From contig SDNP01000005.1 of assembly GCA_004524445.1 (NCBI GenBank), positions 1-64,000 on the forward strand: 64,000 bases of DNA, in the 5' to 3' direction. The notes below the pieces were generated by a model. That model was not told the DNA's origin. It did not search any database and saw nothing but the letters and a program-made list of their open reading frames with translations. Numbering within the stretch: the first letter of the stretch is position 1; every line of letters begins with the position of its first letter. Positions 10,514 through 20,269 of this stretch are shown here, in pieces. The position numbers and the translations under genes were made by a program. This DNA comes from Candidatus Thorarchaeota archaeon. GTDB taxonomy: Archaea; Asgardarchaeota; Thorarchaeia; Thorarchaeales; Thorarchaeaceae.

Positions 10514-12406
10514 TCAGCGTATTTTCGCATACCAATAAACTACAGCAATAACCAGTGCAACGACAACAACTCCAACAATGGTATAGATTCCCAGTATAAC
10601 TAACGGAGGTCCAACAATCACTTCTACGGTATCACTGGCTGAGTTGCCACCAACATCATAGACTGTTAATTTGACATAATGGACACCGTCGGCCAAACCC
10701 GCGAAGTCGAATTCGATGTTTTCTGAAGTCCATTCTCCTTGCTCCACGATGAATCCGTCTACGGAGATTGTGTAATTTTTCTTATAGTCATCCTCTGCAG
10801 TCCAATTTCGGATGACATTCAAATCGCCTCTATTGTAAATCACAGTGTCTGGAGAGTAAATTATCTCGGGAGCGACATCATCTCGTTTCACGGTCACTGT
10901 AACGTTATCAGACGCTTCATTCCCACTCGTATCATTGACAACAAAGTAGTAATTGTAGACACCCAAACCAAGATTATCCAGACTGATTGTCACGAATGGT
11001 TGAGCAGGGTTAATTGAACCATTCTTTGCCATTTCATCATTTCTCAGTATCCAATAGGAATCAAGATAATCGTCGGATACATTCCACCTGAGAGAGTATC
11101 CTGCTTCGAAACGGTAGAATTCGACATCATCGGGACCTTCAACTACAGGGGGGGTGTCTTCGTAGACTCTTAGCGATATTGTATCCTCTGCAGAATTGCC
11201 ATTCTGATCCTCTAATTGGATGGTGATTTCATAGGTTCCTATCGCAATACCTGTTGCATTGAAGGTGAACTCAGTTTCATTCGTCCAGGTACGAGTATCA
11301 TTCACTCCTCCATCAATTAGGATTACAATCTCGCTTGGGTACTCGTCATATATCTGCCAAGTTACGGTAATAGTTGCGTTATCATAAAGAACATCTATGT
11401 CTCCAGGAGACTCAATCACTGGACTTCTAAGGTCCGATGTTGACACACTGAGATTCTGATATCCGCTTGCCAATTCTTCGAGATTATAGATTACTGACCA
11501 GTTCACAAAAGCAGCTGGAAGGTCAAGAATCAGTACTGTCCCGTTAGAGGGTGTGGTTTTTGACTCGATCTCAGTTCCATTCTTGAAAGTGACATTGACT
11601 AGAGCGTCTGAGAGTGGAAACAGACTTGTTTCATAATATGTGAAGACCTCTAAGTCATAATATTCGGGGTCACCACCCAGAAGACCAAGCCTCTGTGCTG
11701 AAAGCAATTGGGTTCCATCTGCGGTAAAGTTTTCAGCCAGCAATTCTGTCCCTGCGTAGTCTCCGAATGGTACCACTACTTTCCATGTATAGTTCTGGAT
11801 AGGAATTTCGGTGAAACTAGCCTCGCCGTCTGCATCCAAGCTCTGCTGACTCCAGATGGTAGAGTTATCTCGGAACACAATCTGGAAATCCAGGCCCTCA
11901 GCAGGATCACCATCAATGTCAACCACAGTGGCATTAAGGTCATCATCATCATTTTCCCAATCAAGATTGCCTATCTCTACATCAGCAAATGCTTCAGGTC
12001 CATCCGAAACCATTACGCCTTCTTCAACAGCCTCAGGTGCTTCATCCCAAGTCACATTCCACTTGTATGTTCCTTGTGGTACATTGTAGAAGACTGCAGA
12101 GCCATCACCAACTGTTGCAAGCGTATCATATTTTGTGTCGTCAGTTGCATTATAGAGCGATACATTTGCTCCGGCTATGGGCTGGGTCCCATTATTGACT
12201 TCAAAGAAGAAATCATCATCATTGAATTCTTTATTGTAATTGAAAGTCCTGTTCTCAACGACCAAATCGGTTGCACTCAGTGTCATAGGAATATGGATGT
12301 CATCAATAGTAGTCGCTGGGCCATCATCAATCAGGAATGGCATAGCTGAGCTAGTTGCGAATAGCAAGATAATAATGGATGCAAGCAGTTGCGCTTTCTT
12401 CTTCAT
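10514..12406 (-). CDS. Cell-surface glycoprotein: signal peptide, tandem beta-sandwich/Ig-like repeats, C-terminal TM anchor
   Basis: MKKK plus hydrophobic signal. Three repeats ending D..GN.A.D.(V/I).V.V, many N-x-S/T sequons, and a C-terminal hydrophobic helix followed by KIR. Confidence 0.8.
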   Translation of the reverse strand: MKKKAQLLASIIILLFATSSAMPFLIDDGPATTIDDIHIPMTLSATDLVVENRTFNYNKEFNDDDFFFEVNNGTQPIAGANVSLYNATDDTKYDTLATVGDGSAVFYNVPQGTYKWNVTWDEAPEAVEEGVMVSDGPEAFADVEIGNLDWENDDDDLNATVVDIDGDPAEGLDFQIVFRDNSTIWSQQSLDADGEASFTEIPIQNYTWKVVVPFGDYAGTELLAENFTADGTQLLSAQRLGLLGGDPEYYDLEVFTYYETSLFPLSDALVNVTFKNGTEIESKTTPSNGTVLILDLPAAFVNWSVIYNLEELASGYQNLSVSTSDLRSPVIESPGDIDVLYDNATITVTWQIYDEYPSEIVILIDGGVNDTRTWTNETEFTFNATGIAIGTYEITIQLEDQNGNSAEDTISLRVYEDTPPVVEGPDDVEFYRFEAGYSLRWNVSDDYLDSYWILRNDEMAKNGSINPAQPFVTISLDNLGLGVYNYYFVVNDTSGNEASDNVTVTVKRDDVAPEIIYSPDTVIYNRGDLNVIRNWTAEDDYKKNYTISVDGFIVEQGEWTSENIEFDFAGLADGVHYVKLTVYDVGGNSASDTVEVIVGPPLVILGIYTIVGVVVVALVIAVVYWYAKIR

Positions 12407-12647
12407 GCAATGTCACTCTCGGATATTTGAGATGAACCTAACTTCTGACATCTCAGTTCCTAACGGCCTCGAACTTGTGTCCTGCATAAAAGGATTTCCC
12501 AGCGTACAGCTGAATTCTAGCATCAAGCTGATGACTGGTTGTCCAATCATTCACACAGCCCGCTCTTGGCCTGTCCTGTCAGGGGCGTACTAGTCCCCAA
12601 TTTAAGGTTATCAAATGCTAATTACTGTACTATTTCTTGATGAAAAG

Positions 12648-13481
12648 CTACAGCCGGCCAACCAACCATCCATAAATGTCATCTAGCATTTTCTCTCCAC
12701 CCTCATCTTCAAATGGTTCATGATAGAAGCCCTCGTACAGGTTCCACGTCTTGTCTTTTGATGCAATTCGATTGTAGAAATCTCTGTTCTCTTCGGGAAC
12801 TAAAATTCTATCATCCCCTGACTGCGCCACCATAATTGGCACTTCGAGTTCGCCTGCGGATTCGAACATCTCGTCTTTTGCTTCAAGACCCTCCTTGGCA
12901 AATCTTGGTGTGACTTTTTCGACGCGAAGAGGGTCTTCTTTATGCCGCTTCACAACCTCCGGATTTTTCGCAACCAAATCCAAATTTAGGCCGGAGTCAA
13001 AATGCGCTTTCACATTCAATCGTGACAACCCAGAAAGAATCTTGCGAATGAATGGCGAAGTTTCTAGCCTCTCTGAAACCGCAGGACAAGTGACAACTAT
13101 ACCAGCGATTGCTTCGGGGTAAGCTATTGCATAACGGAGAACGTGAAGCCCTCCCAAGGAATGCCCAAACAAGAAGAGCTTGGTATCATCATACTTCAAT
13201 TGTAGGTAACTCACTACTGAATTGATATCCTTGGTGTACTCATCAAAGTTGTCAATATGACCCATCTCGCCTTCATTTCTACCGAAACCTCGCAGGTCCG
13301 GAGCATAGAAGGCAATGCCTTTCTCACAGAAGTACTCAGCAATAAACGTCAATTCACCACTGTGTCCACCCAGTCCATGAATGCCCAAAACTACGCAAAT
13401 AGGTTCATCCTCGGGCAACCAGTATTGCATAAACATGTTCTTCCCGTCATGACCTGTGTAGCTGCTTTCTTCATGTTGCAT
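12648..13481 (-). CDS. Alpha/beta hydrolase, monoacylglycerol lipase/lysophospholipase family
   Basis: HGLGGHS, DLRGFG, nucleophile GHSLGG, D in QSGDDRIL, H in FYHE. Start placed at MQHEES (ORF track extends to 13568). Confidence 0.9.
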   Translation of the reverse strand: MQHEESSYTGHDGKNMFMQYWLPEDEPICVVLGIHGLGGHSGELTFIAEYFCEKGIAFYAPDLRGFGRNEGEMGHIDNFDEYTKDINSVVSYLQLKYDDTKLFLFGHSLGGLHVLRYAIAYPEAIAGIVVTCPAVSERLETSPFIRKILSGLSRLNVKAHFDSGLNLDLVAKNPEVVKRHKEDPLRVEKVTPRFAKEGLEAKDEMFESAGELEVPIMVAQSGDDRILVPEENRDFYNRIASKDKTWNLYEGFYHEPFEDEGGEKMLDDIYGWLVGRL

Positions 13482-13625
13482 CAATTCATCCACCCAAATG
13501 ATCGACTCAGTAAGTAGACATATCAAACCGCCTTTTTTCAATTGTGCTTCAGAGAAAAATCGCTCCAAAGTGTTAATGGCGGGAGTTATTTTCCCACTGC
13601 GAGTACGTCACCTTTAAAAAGGCGC

Positions 13626-13632
13626 TTATATA
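13626..13632 (+). promoter_or_regulatory. Putative archaeal TATA box (TTATATA) of tbp
   Basis: TTATATA preceded by the purine-rich AAAAAGG, about 50 nt upstream of the ATG at 13682. Confidence 0.45.
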
Positions 13633-13681
13633 CTTGAAACTTAATTAGTTGTCCTATATAAAGGACAGGAGTATCAGGAAA

Positions 13682-14269
13682 ATGCCCCGACCTCAACCAA
13701 AAACAAAGATTGAGAACGTGGTTGCGTCAGTAATTCTCAACCAAAGACTCGACTTGGATGAGATTGCAGCAACTATGCCAAACGTCGAGTTTGACCCCGA
13801 ACAATTTCCAGGTCTTGTCTATAGGTTGAAGAAACCTAAAACAGCAACATTGATCTTTAATTCCGGCAAGATGGTTTGCACAGGTGCGAAGAGCGAAAAG
13901 GAAGCGAAAAGAGCGGTTCACAAAATCGTGAAGAACATAAAAGAAGCTGGAATAGAAATAACTGGAAAGCCAATTATTGTAGTTCAGAATATTGTTGCGA
14001 GCGCCAGTCTTGGTGCTGAGTTGAATCTCGAATTGGCGGCTATGACATTAGAGAATACCTTGTATGAGCCTGAGCAATTTCCAGGCCTTATTTATCGAAT
14101 GAGGGATCCTAAAGTGGTGATTCTGTTGTTCGGTTCTGGCAAGCTCGTTATCACTGGAGCCAAATTCGAGCCTCAGATTGACGAGGCAGCTGAGAAAGTC
14201 ATGGACCGACTTCTGGAACTTGGTGTCATTAGAATTCCAGAAGGCGAAGACTGGACGCCTGGCGCATAG
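13682..14269 (+). CDS. tbp: TATA-box-binding protein
   Basis: Two direct repeats: IENVVAS...PEQFPGLVYR...IFNSGKMVCTGAK and VQNIVAS...PEQFPGLIYR...LFGSGKLVITGAK. ATG at 13682 follows AGGA motifs. Confidence 0.98.
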   Translation: MPRPQPKTKIENVVASVILNQRLDLDEIAATMPNVEFDPEQFPGLVYRLKKPKTATLIFNSGKMVCTGAKSEKEAKRAVHKIVKNIKEAGIEITGKPIIVVQNIVASASLGAELNLELAAMTLENTLYEPEQFPGLIYRMRDPKVVILLFGSGKLVITGAKFEPQIDEAAEKVMDRLLELGVIRIPEGEDWTPGA

Positions 14270-14277
14270 TAACCATA

Positions 14278-14340
14278 TGAGTCCTGAGTAGGAAAATCAT
14301 TACTCAGGCTCTTCATTTCCCTTTTTTCGATTCTTTTGTC
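14278..14340 (+). terminator. Stem-loop plus T-rich tract after tbp
   Basis: CCTGAGTA (14283-14290) pairs with TACTCAGG (14301-14308), followed by pyrimidine/T runs. Lies between convergent genes. Confidence 0.55.
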
Positions 14341-14379
14341 TTCTAGCAAAAGTGTTATGGACCTTACTCATACTGACTC

Positions 14380-15561
14380 TCAGAAGATGGAGAAACCCAA
14401 TGGCGGAATTGACAGTGCAAGTATCACCATCGCCATCACAAAAAGGGCTATCCTGCTTTTTGAAATAGGGACAGTATCTTCTAGAGGCCCTGGATGACCA
14501 CCTCGGGCAGACATGGCAATTACTAATATGGCCATTAAGTAGAATCCCATTAGAAACATTATTGCCACAGCCACGTATCCGATATACTTGTGTTTCTTGT
14601 CAGCGATAATGGCTCGCAGGGCATGACCCCCGTCCAGCTGACCCACTGGAAATAGATTCAGAGCAGTTACCAGACATCCAACCCAGCCCGCAAAAGCAAC
14701 AGGATGCAGGTATATTGTTCCACCTGCGGGGATAAAACCTGCAAAAACCATTTCCAGCACTACGAAGATGTATGGTACAGGAAGCGAACCTGACATCCCC
14801 GGAAATGCTTCGTCAATGGCGACCAACTCTTCAGCAGTTACGGGAACAGACAGCAAAAACCCAACAACAAGAACGACCAGGGTAACAGCAAATCCCGCCA
14901 TGGGACCAGCAATGCCAAGGTCAAACAAGTCTGTTCTATTCTTAGGTGGGCTCTTCTGTTGGATGAATGCGCCAAAAGTACCACCTATCTGCGGCAATCC
15001 TGGTAAGAAATAGGGTGGCGTAGCATCAATGCCCCTGCGTTTTGCTGTTTGGTAATGACCTTGCTCATGAGTGAATATGATTCCCATGAGAGCAAGCACG
15101 AATAGAAATGTTGTGAAAATGATATCAATGAATGTCCACCCGAACGGATAAGTGAGTGTCAAGAATACTGGACTAGTAGCTTGGAGAAAACCACCAATTC
15201 CGATGGTTCCTAGTGTTGCAACGAACAATGCATAGTTTATCCGGACATCCCCCTTATCCTGCTTTTCTTCAGGAACGAATCTTGTATAATAAATGCCCTC
15301 GTCTTCATTTTGCCAGCGTACTACGGGCCACACGTGAAGATTTTCCGCTTTCTTTGTAACTTCGTCGAAAACAGCTCGTTGCTGCTCAGGATCAGGGATT
15401 TCTTCTTCCTTCCACCGATATAGGAAGGTGGGCATTCCATATTCCATTGAACTCGATATAATATCAAAATTCTGAGAGAGAATTTCGCCGAGTTCTGTGA
15501 AGGTTGGGTAACTAATTACTCTGGTATTTCCGCCAAATGACACTATGCTCTGATTCTCCAA
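14380..15561 (-). CDS. Site-2 protease (peptidase M50) family intramembrane metalloprotease
   Basis: HEQGH zinc motif, GTFGAFI, GIAGP, NLFPVGQLDGGH, multiple TMs. Confidence 0.93.
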   Translation of the reverse strand: MENQSIVSFGGNTRVISYPTFTELGEILSQNFDIISSSMEYGMPTFLYRWKEEEIPDPEQQRAVFDEVTKKAENLHVWPVVRWQNEDEGIYYTRFVPEEKQDKGDVRINYALFVATLGTIGIGGFLQATSPVFLTLTYPFGWTFIDIIFTTFLFVLALMGIIFTHEQGHYQTAKRRGIDATPPYFLPGLPQIGGTFGAFIQQKSPPKNRTDLFDLGIAGPMAGFAVTLVVLVVGFLLSVPVTAEELVAIDEAFPGMSGSLPVPYIFVVLEMVFAGFIPAGGTIYLHPVAFAGWVGCLVTALNLFPVGQLDGGHALRAIIADKKHKYIGYVAVAIMFLMGFYLMAILVIAMSARGGHPGPLEDTVPISKSRIALFVMAMVILALSIPPLGFSIF

Positions 15562-15643
15562 AATCCGTGATTAGAGGCCTGTAAGTGGGATAACCTATAA
15601 GATTATGCGCCAAGGCAGCTACTTGTGTAACGGATTTTTTTCC

Positions 15644-15901
15644 TTAGTCCCAAACCCTAGCTGGAAACCTCGCCTGGTCTTCAAGCCACTTTGGGTGAAC
15701 ACCGACACTCCTTTCTAAAACTTCACATGGAAATTCCTCACATTCCGAACAGAATCTGAGACCTTGCTGCTCGACGCAGCATTCACGAATGGTGCAGCCC
15801 TCGCGACTCGCTGTACCACAGCCTTTACACTCATTATTCATGAAGTATCGGCATGATCCGCAATATAGAAGGCATGGCGTACCGAGACCGTCGAATTCCA
15901 T
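15644..15901 (-). CDS. Small Cys-rich protein, DUF3795-like
   Basis: CLLYCGSC...CKGC...CTIRECC...FCSECEEFPC pattern. Confidence 0.75.
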   Translation of the reverse strand: MEFDGLGTPCLLYCGSCRYFMNNECKGCGTASREGCTIRECCVEQQGLRFCSECEEFPCEVLERSVGVHPKWLEDQARFPARVWD

Positions 15902-15981
15902 ATGAAATCACTCGAAGACACTGTGTCATCAATAGGTCATATGGCTATCCGTCTTAGCAAGAAGAAATCTAACCGAGATTC

Positions 15982-16818
15982 TCATCCATAATACTTGAAA
16001 AAGTGGGTAACTGCAGTTTCTACTCGTTGATCAGCTTTCTCCAAATCCATTTTTGGCACCAAGCCCGCTTCTATGAAGTCGTTGGGAGTCATTCCCTTAT
16101 CACTTGCCTCAATAACTCGGTCACGAAATATTTCAAGAAAATCAATGTGATATTTTACTTGCTCATCGCCACAGGCCGGGCCATGACCCGGAATAATCAA
16201 GTCATAACGACCAGCAAGGACTTTTTCCAGCGCCATGATCCATCGTTCCGGGTCACATGTTGGGTCTGCAGCATATGGAAAACTGCCGTTGAAGATCAGG
16301 TCACCGACGAACGAAATCCTCTCTGATGGAACAGCGACAATAGTGGAACCAGCAGTGTGTCCTCCAACATGTTCGATTCTCAACTCCATGTCCGGACCAA
16401 CAGATAGATGTCGCTTGAAAACCACATCAGGAATACGTATCTTCAGGTCTTGCATAGCTTCGAACAGCTCGGGTCGCTCTGCTTTCACTGATTCTGCGTA
16501 TTCTACAAGTCGGTTTCTATCCCATTGGTCTTCCAGATTCTTGACACAATAGTCACGTGTACCCTCTGAAGAAATGATGCTCGCGGTATCAAATGCCTGT
16601 GCGCCAAAGACATGATCACTATGAGCATGCGTGAGAATCAAGTTCCTGATGGGCAGCTCATATTCTTCTAGCTCGATTCTAATCTCCTTTGTCTTCTGGT
16701 GAAACATGCCCGAGTCAATAATGACAACTTGGTCGTTCAGGATAACAACACCCATATTACCGCCGTTTTCACCGCTAGTCTCAGCAAGTATATGATCAGT
16801 GACTTTTTCGAGAGGCAT
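15982..16818 (-). CDS. Metallo-beta-lactamase-fold hydrolase (cyclase-like subgroup)
   Basis: THAHSDH, GGHT, FVGDL, IPGHG. Confidence 0.9.
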   Translation of the reverse strand: MPLEKVTDHILAETSGENGGNMGVVILNDQVVIIDSGMFHQKTKEIRIELEEYELPIRNLILTHAHSDHVFGAQAFDTASIISSEGTRDYCVKNLEDQWDRNRLVEYAESVKAERPELFEAMQDLKIRIPDVVFKRHLSVGPDMELRIEHVGGHTAGSTIVAVPSERISFVGDLIFNGSFPYAADPTCDPERWIMALEKVLAGRYDLIIPGHGPACGDEQVKYHIDFLEIFRDRVIEASDKGMTPNDFIEAGLVPKMDLEKADQRVETAVTHFFKYYG

Positions 16819-16881
16819 GATTTCCTAATTATCTGGGTACTTCATATACTTGCCCCTCTTAGTACCAATATAGAATTCTGA

Positions 16882-17520
16882 TTATTCGTCAAGGATCGCA
16901 GCAATTTCTTGCATCAGTTCAAAGGAGCCTTTGAAGTCGCGAACACGTAGCTCGATATCAAATTCGCGGGCTAGCTCACGGCAGGCATTAATGTCAATCC
17001 CGGGAATTCGAACAACGGAAAAAATGACTTTCATGTATTTGTTGCAGTCTTCAGCAAAATCCAGCAATGAGAGGAAAGCCTCAGCCCCATGAGAGGGCCT
17101 GCATAATTTCACGTATGTTTGGGCATCTGGAGCATTCAGCGATATCTGGATTTCTGAAACCCCAGACTCCGATAGCTCCTTTGCTACGTTGCAGTCCGGA
17201 TAGAATAGCCGCGCATGACCGTTCGTATTGATTCGAACTCGGAGCTCGTGTGATGAAAGGTATTCTGCAGATGCGAGGGTCCCATCCAAGTTCAATAATG
17301 GTTCTCCAAAACCGACGATTGCCGCTTCATTGTACTGACTTAGATCCACATGCTTCAGCGCTGCGGTCAATTCAGTTGGTGTAGGATCTTTATCTAATCT
17401 CAAATCAAACCCGTAGACGCCATCATTGAATCCTAGAATGCAAAAAAGGCAATCATTGCTGCATCTAGATGTGGGATTCACATATAGAGTCCCATTATTC
17501 CAGTAGACTAGAGAACTCAT
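16882..17520 (-). CDS. Radical SAM protein, TatD-associated type
   Basis: LYVNPTSRCSNDCLFC (CxxxCxxC), GFGEPL, RINTNG, ISLNAPD, CRP: the pattern of the TatD-associated radical SAM family. Confidence 0.85.
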   Translation of the reverse strand: MSSLVYWNNGTLYVNPTSRCSNDCLFCILGFNDGVYGFDLRLDKDPTPTELTAALKHVDLSQYNEAAIVGFGEPLLNLDGTLASAEYLSSHELRVRINTNGHARLFYPDCNVAKELSESGVSEIQISLNAPDAQTYVKLCRPSHGAEAFLSLLDFAEDCNKYMKVIFSVVRIPGIDINACRELAREFDIELRVRDFKGSFELMQEIAAILDE

Positions 17521-17658
17521 AGAATTGACTTAGTTCGATATCGGAAATAAGGGTTCACAAGGCTGCAACATAGTCAAATCGCCAAATGACATGTTGAATG
17601 AACAGAATTAATAGCAATTCATTAACAATAGTAAACATAAGAAACTAGGAGAATTATC

Positions 17659-18003
17659 ATGTCAAACGAAGAAGATTTGACCAAGTTGAAATGTGTACCT
17701 TGTCGTGGAAACGAACCAACTTTGGAAATGAATAAGGCTAAGGACATGCTCGGTGAGGTTGAAGGCTGGGAGCTTCATGAAGAGGATGAACCACACATTG
17801 AGAAGGAATTCAAGTTTGATGACTTCGCAGAAGCGATGAAATTCGTGAATAAAGTGGCAGACCTCGCAGAGGAAGAAGGGCATCATCCGGACATCTGCAT
17901 CCACTGGAACGAGGTTGAACTCACTCTGTGGACACATGCAATAGGTGGCTTGCATAAGAATGACTTTATTGTTGCTGCCAAAATAGATGAGATAGATATC
18001 TAA
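17659..18003 (+). CDS. phhB: Pterin-4-alpha-carbinolamine dehydratase
   Basis: CVPC N-terminus, FKFDDF, EEEGHHPDI, WTHAIGGLHKNDFIVAAKID. Confidence 0.92.
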   Translation: MSNEEDLTKLKCVPCRGNEPTLEMNKAKDMLGEVEGWELHEEDEPHIEKEFKFDDFAEAMKFVNKVADLAEEEGHHPDICIHWNEVELTLWTHAIGGLHKNDFIVAAKIDEIDI

Positions 18004-18082
18004 TAGTGTAAATTCGGTTAAACTGGATACTGCTAATATTACTAATGTGGGTATCATATCCTATAGAATGCATAATAATAAT

Positions 18083-18247
18083 CTATCTTACCAAAGAGGG
18101 AGTTTGAGATGCAATCGCAGCAATCAGCAGAGTGATAACCCAAACTATAGCGCCTATCGTGTCGGCCGCACGATGGAAGAAATTGAGTAGGATAGAAGCC
18201 AGAACCACGGGTAAGAGAATCAGAATGAAGTCAATCGATGGATCCAT
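18083..18247 (-). CDS. Small 54-aa two-TM membrane protein (below the ORF-track size cut-off)
   Basis: Manual translation: MDPSIDFILILLPVVLASILLNFFHRAADTIGAIVWVITLLIAAIASQTPSLVR*. The ATG is 6 nt after the stop of the upstream epimerase gene. Confidence 0.55.
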   Translation of the reverse strand: MDPSIDFILILLPVVLASILLNFFHRAADTIGAIVWVITLLIAAIASQTPSLVR

Positions 18248-18253
18248 GCGTTA

Positions 18254-19255
18254 TTACTTCTTCTCAAGATAGCCATTCTCGTAGTACCAGTCAATTGCAC
18301 GCTTGATTCCCTCTCTCATTGTTACGTCAGGAGACCAGCCAAGTAGTTTCTTGGCTTTGTCGTTAGAATACCAGCGTTCTTCATCCATTGATTGAATTGA
18401 TTGCATATGCCAGAGGAATGTTGTTTTGCCGCGGTTTTTGAATGGACTAAGAAGGCCTACGCCGAATTTGGCAAAGTTCGTAGGAACATATCGTGTGGGC
18501 GGTTCAACTCCTAGGACATCAGCGATGTATTCTATGAGGTCTTTGTACTTCTCTGGCTCATCGGGGCAGAGAATAATAGTTTCATTCAATGCTGATTTGG
18601 ACGTTAGAGCCTTTGAGAACCCTCTGACGATATCATCAACATGTGTATACATGATGTGTTTTTCGCCATCACCAGGCAAAACAGGCACTTCCTTATTGTT
18701 GAGAGCTTTGATGAGCTCATATCCAGTGTACAAATCACCCTCACCCATCACTCCTGTGGGGCGCAAAATGATGTAGTCGATATCGTGGTCCTTTCCAATT
18801 TTGCGTACAGTTTTTTCTGCTTCGACCTTGCTTTCCCCGTAGGCAAACGCTGGATTTGTGACTGTGTCTTCATTACCAGGCGGAAATTCCACAGGACCAA
18901 TTGCCTCAGTTGACGAGCAGTAAATGAAACGTTCCACGCCAGCATCCACACATGCCTCCATTAAATTGCGAGTCCCATCTACATTGATCTGAAACATGAG
19001 TTCTTCATCGCTAGGATAGAAATCAAAATAGGCAGCGAGATGGATGACAGCATCGACATCCTCAACACATGGTTTCAGTGATTGTTGTTCAAGTAGATTA
19101 GCCTCTCTGAATGTCATGCCACTGGGAAGCCCAGCACGATTTGAGGTGGAACGAACTAATGCCACAAGGTCATGCCCTTGTTCATCCAAGTAGTCGGATA
19201 ATCTTCGACCAATGAAACCGGTAGCTCCTGTGATCAGCACTCGCATCCCAGTCAC
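18254..19255 (-). CDS. NAD-dependent epimerase/dehydratase (extended SDR)
   Basis: TGATGFIG, HLAA, CSS, YGESK (YxxxK). Confidence 0.92.
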   Translation of the reverse strand: MTGMRVLITGATGFIGRRLSDYLDEQGHDLVALVRSTSNRAGLPSGMTFREANLLEQQSLKPCVEDVDAVIHLAAYFDFYPSDEELMFQINVDGTRNLMEACVDAGVERFIYCSSTEAIGPVEFPPGNEDTVTNPAFAYGESKVEAEKTVRKIGKDHDIDYIILRPTGVMGEGDLYTGYELIKALNNKEVPVLPGDGEKHIMYTHVDDIVRGFSKALTSKSALNETIILCPDEPEKYKDLIEYIADVLGVEPPTRYVPTNFAKFGVGLLSPFKNRGKTTFLWHMQSIQSMDEERWYSNDKAKKLLGWSPDVTMREGIKRAIDWYYENGYLEKK

Positions 19256-19372
19256 CTATTCATCGTTTCATTACCACTGACATTTATCTGTTCCCCCAGC
19301 GTTGCTGAAATGGCATTCATTCACAATATTTCTCTTCTCAACAGCAACTCATGCCGTGAATAAGACAGGAGA

Positions 19373-20119
19373 TTAATCAGAATAGGGCATATCATACATT
19401 TCATCGATCTTCGGAACAACTTCACCAGCTTTCCCTCCAACGCGGATGTCCACATATCTGGAGAGAGCCGTTGTATCTGGGTTTATCTCAATCAGCGTTC
19501 CATTATTCCTTTTTACTATCATCGGAAAAGAAGCAGCCGGTTGAACCATTCCTGATGTTCCAATTACAAACAAGACGTCAGCTTTTCCCAATTCAGCGTA
19601 TACCTGATTCATTATATCTGCATCTAGGCTTTCTCCAAACCAGACGACATCTGGCCTAAGAAGCTCAGTGCATTCTGGGCATCGAGGAGCCCCTTCAGCT
19701 GGCCCCATGAGTATCGATGTATATGAACAAGAGGTACACTTCACTGCCCAGATATTTCCATGAACCTCAAGAACACGCTTAGAACCCGCTTGTATGTGCA
19801 ACCCATCCACATTTTGGGTTATGATAAATTTAAGTAGCCCATCATCCTCCCACGATGCCAAGACACTATGAGCCGGATTAGGTTCGCAATTGCCAATTAG
19901 GTTCTGACGCCATGAGTACCATTCCCAAACCAACTCAGGATCCCTTTCGAATGCCCGAGGTGTTGCAAGCTCCATGGGATTGTAATTTCGCCAGAGTCCG
20001 TCCTTCCCTCGGAAAGTCGGTACGTTTGATTCCTTTGAGATACCAGCACCTGTTAAGGCAACAATGTATTCTGACCTTCGCATTACGTGGACTATATCGT
20101 CTAACTGGGAAGTCATCAA
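19373..20119 (-). CDS. cobB: Sir2-family NAD-dependent protein deacylase
   Basis: GAGISKESNVPTFRG, TQNVDGLH, HGN, CxxC...CxxC zinc site, RPDVVWFGE, GTS. Confidence 0.95.
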   Translation of the reverse strand: MMTSQLDDIVHVMRRSEYIVALTGAGISKESNVPTFRGKDGLWRNYNPMELATPRAFERDPELVWEWYSWRQNLIGNCEPNPAHSVLASWEDDGLLKFIITQNVDGLHIQAGSKRVLEVHGNIWAVKCTSCSYTSILMGPAEGAPRCPECTELLRPDVVWFGESLDADIMNQVYAELGKADVLFVIGTSGMVQPAASFPMIVKRNNGTLIEINPDTTALSRYVDIRVGGKAGEVVPKIDEMYDMPYSD

Positions 20120-20269
20120 TTTTCAGTAGTTAATGAATGGGATATGCTTATCTATAGTTTTGCTGCCGCATCGAATTATGCTGATGGTTCTGACGCCGAC
20201 AATCTTATTAGGTACACCATCTTCACTATAGTGAATGTACAAGCGGTTCCTTTTCAGGGGTTAATGTAG

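Noticed and set aside
11708-12349. 213-aa plus-strand ORF and similar long antisense ORFs (e.g. 38842-39564, 34409-34891)
   Set aside because: They lie wholly antisense to well-supported genes and have no recognisable motifs, so they are shadow ORFs.
14270-14320. Hairpin after tbp considered as a SECIS-like element (ATGA at the 5' side, AAAA in the loop)
   Set aside because: tbp ends in TAG, no in-frame UGA selenoprotein candidate is adjacent, and the 3' GA of a kink-turn core is missing. A terminator is the simpler reading.
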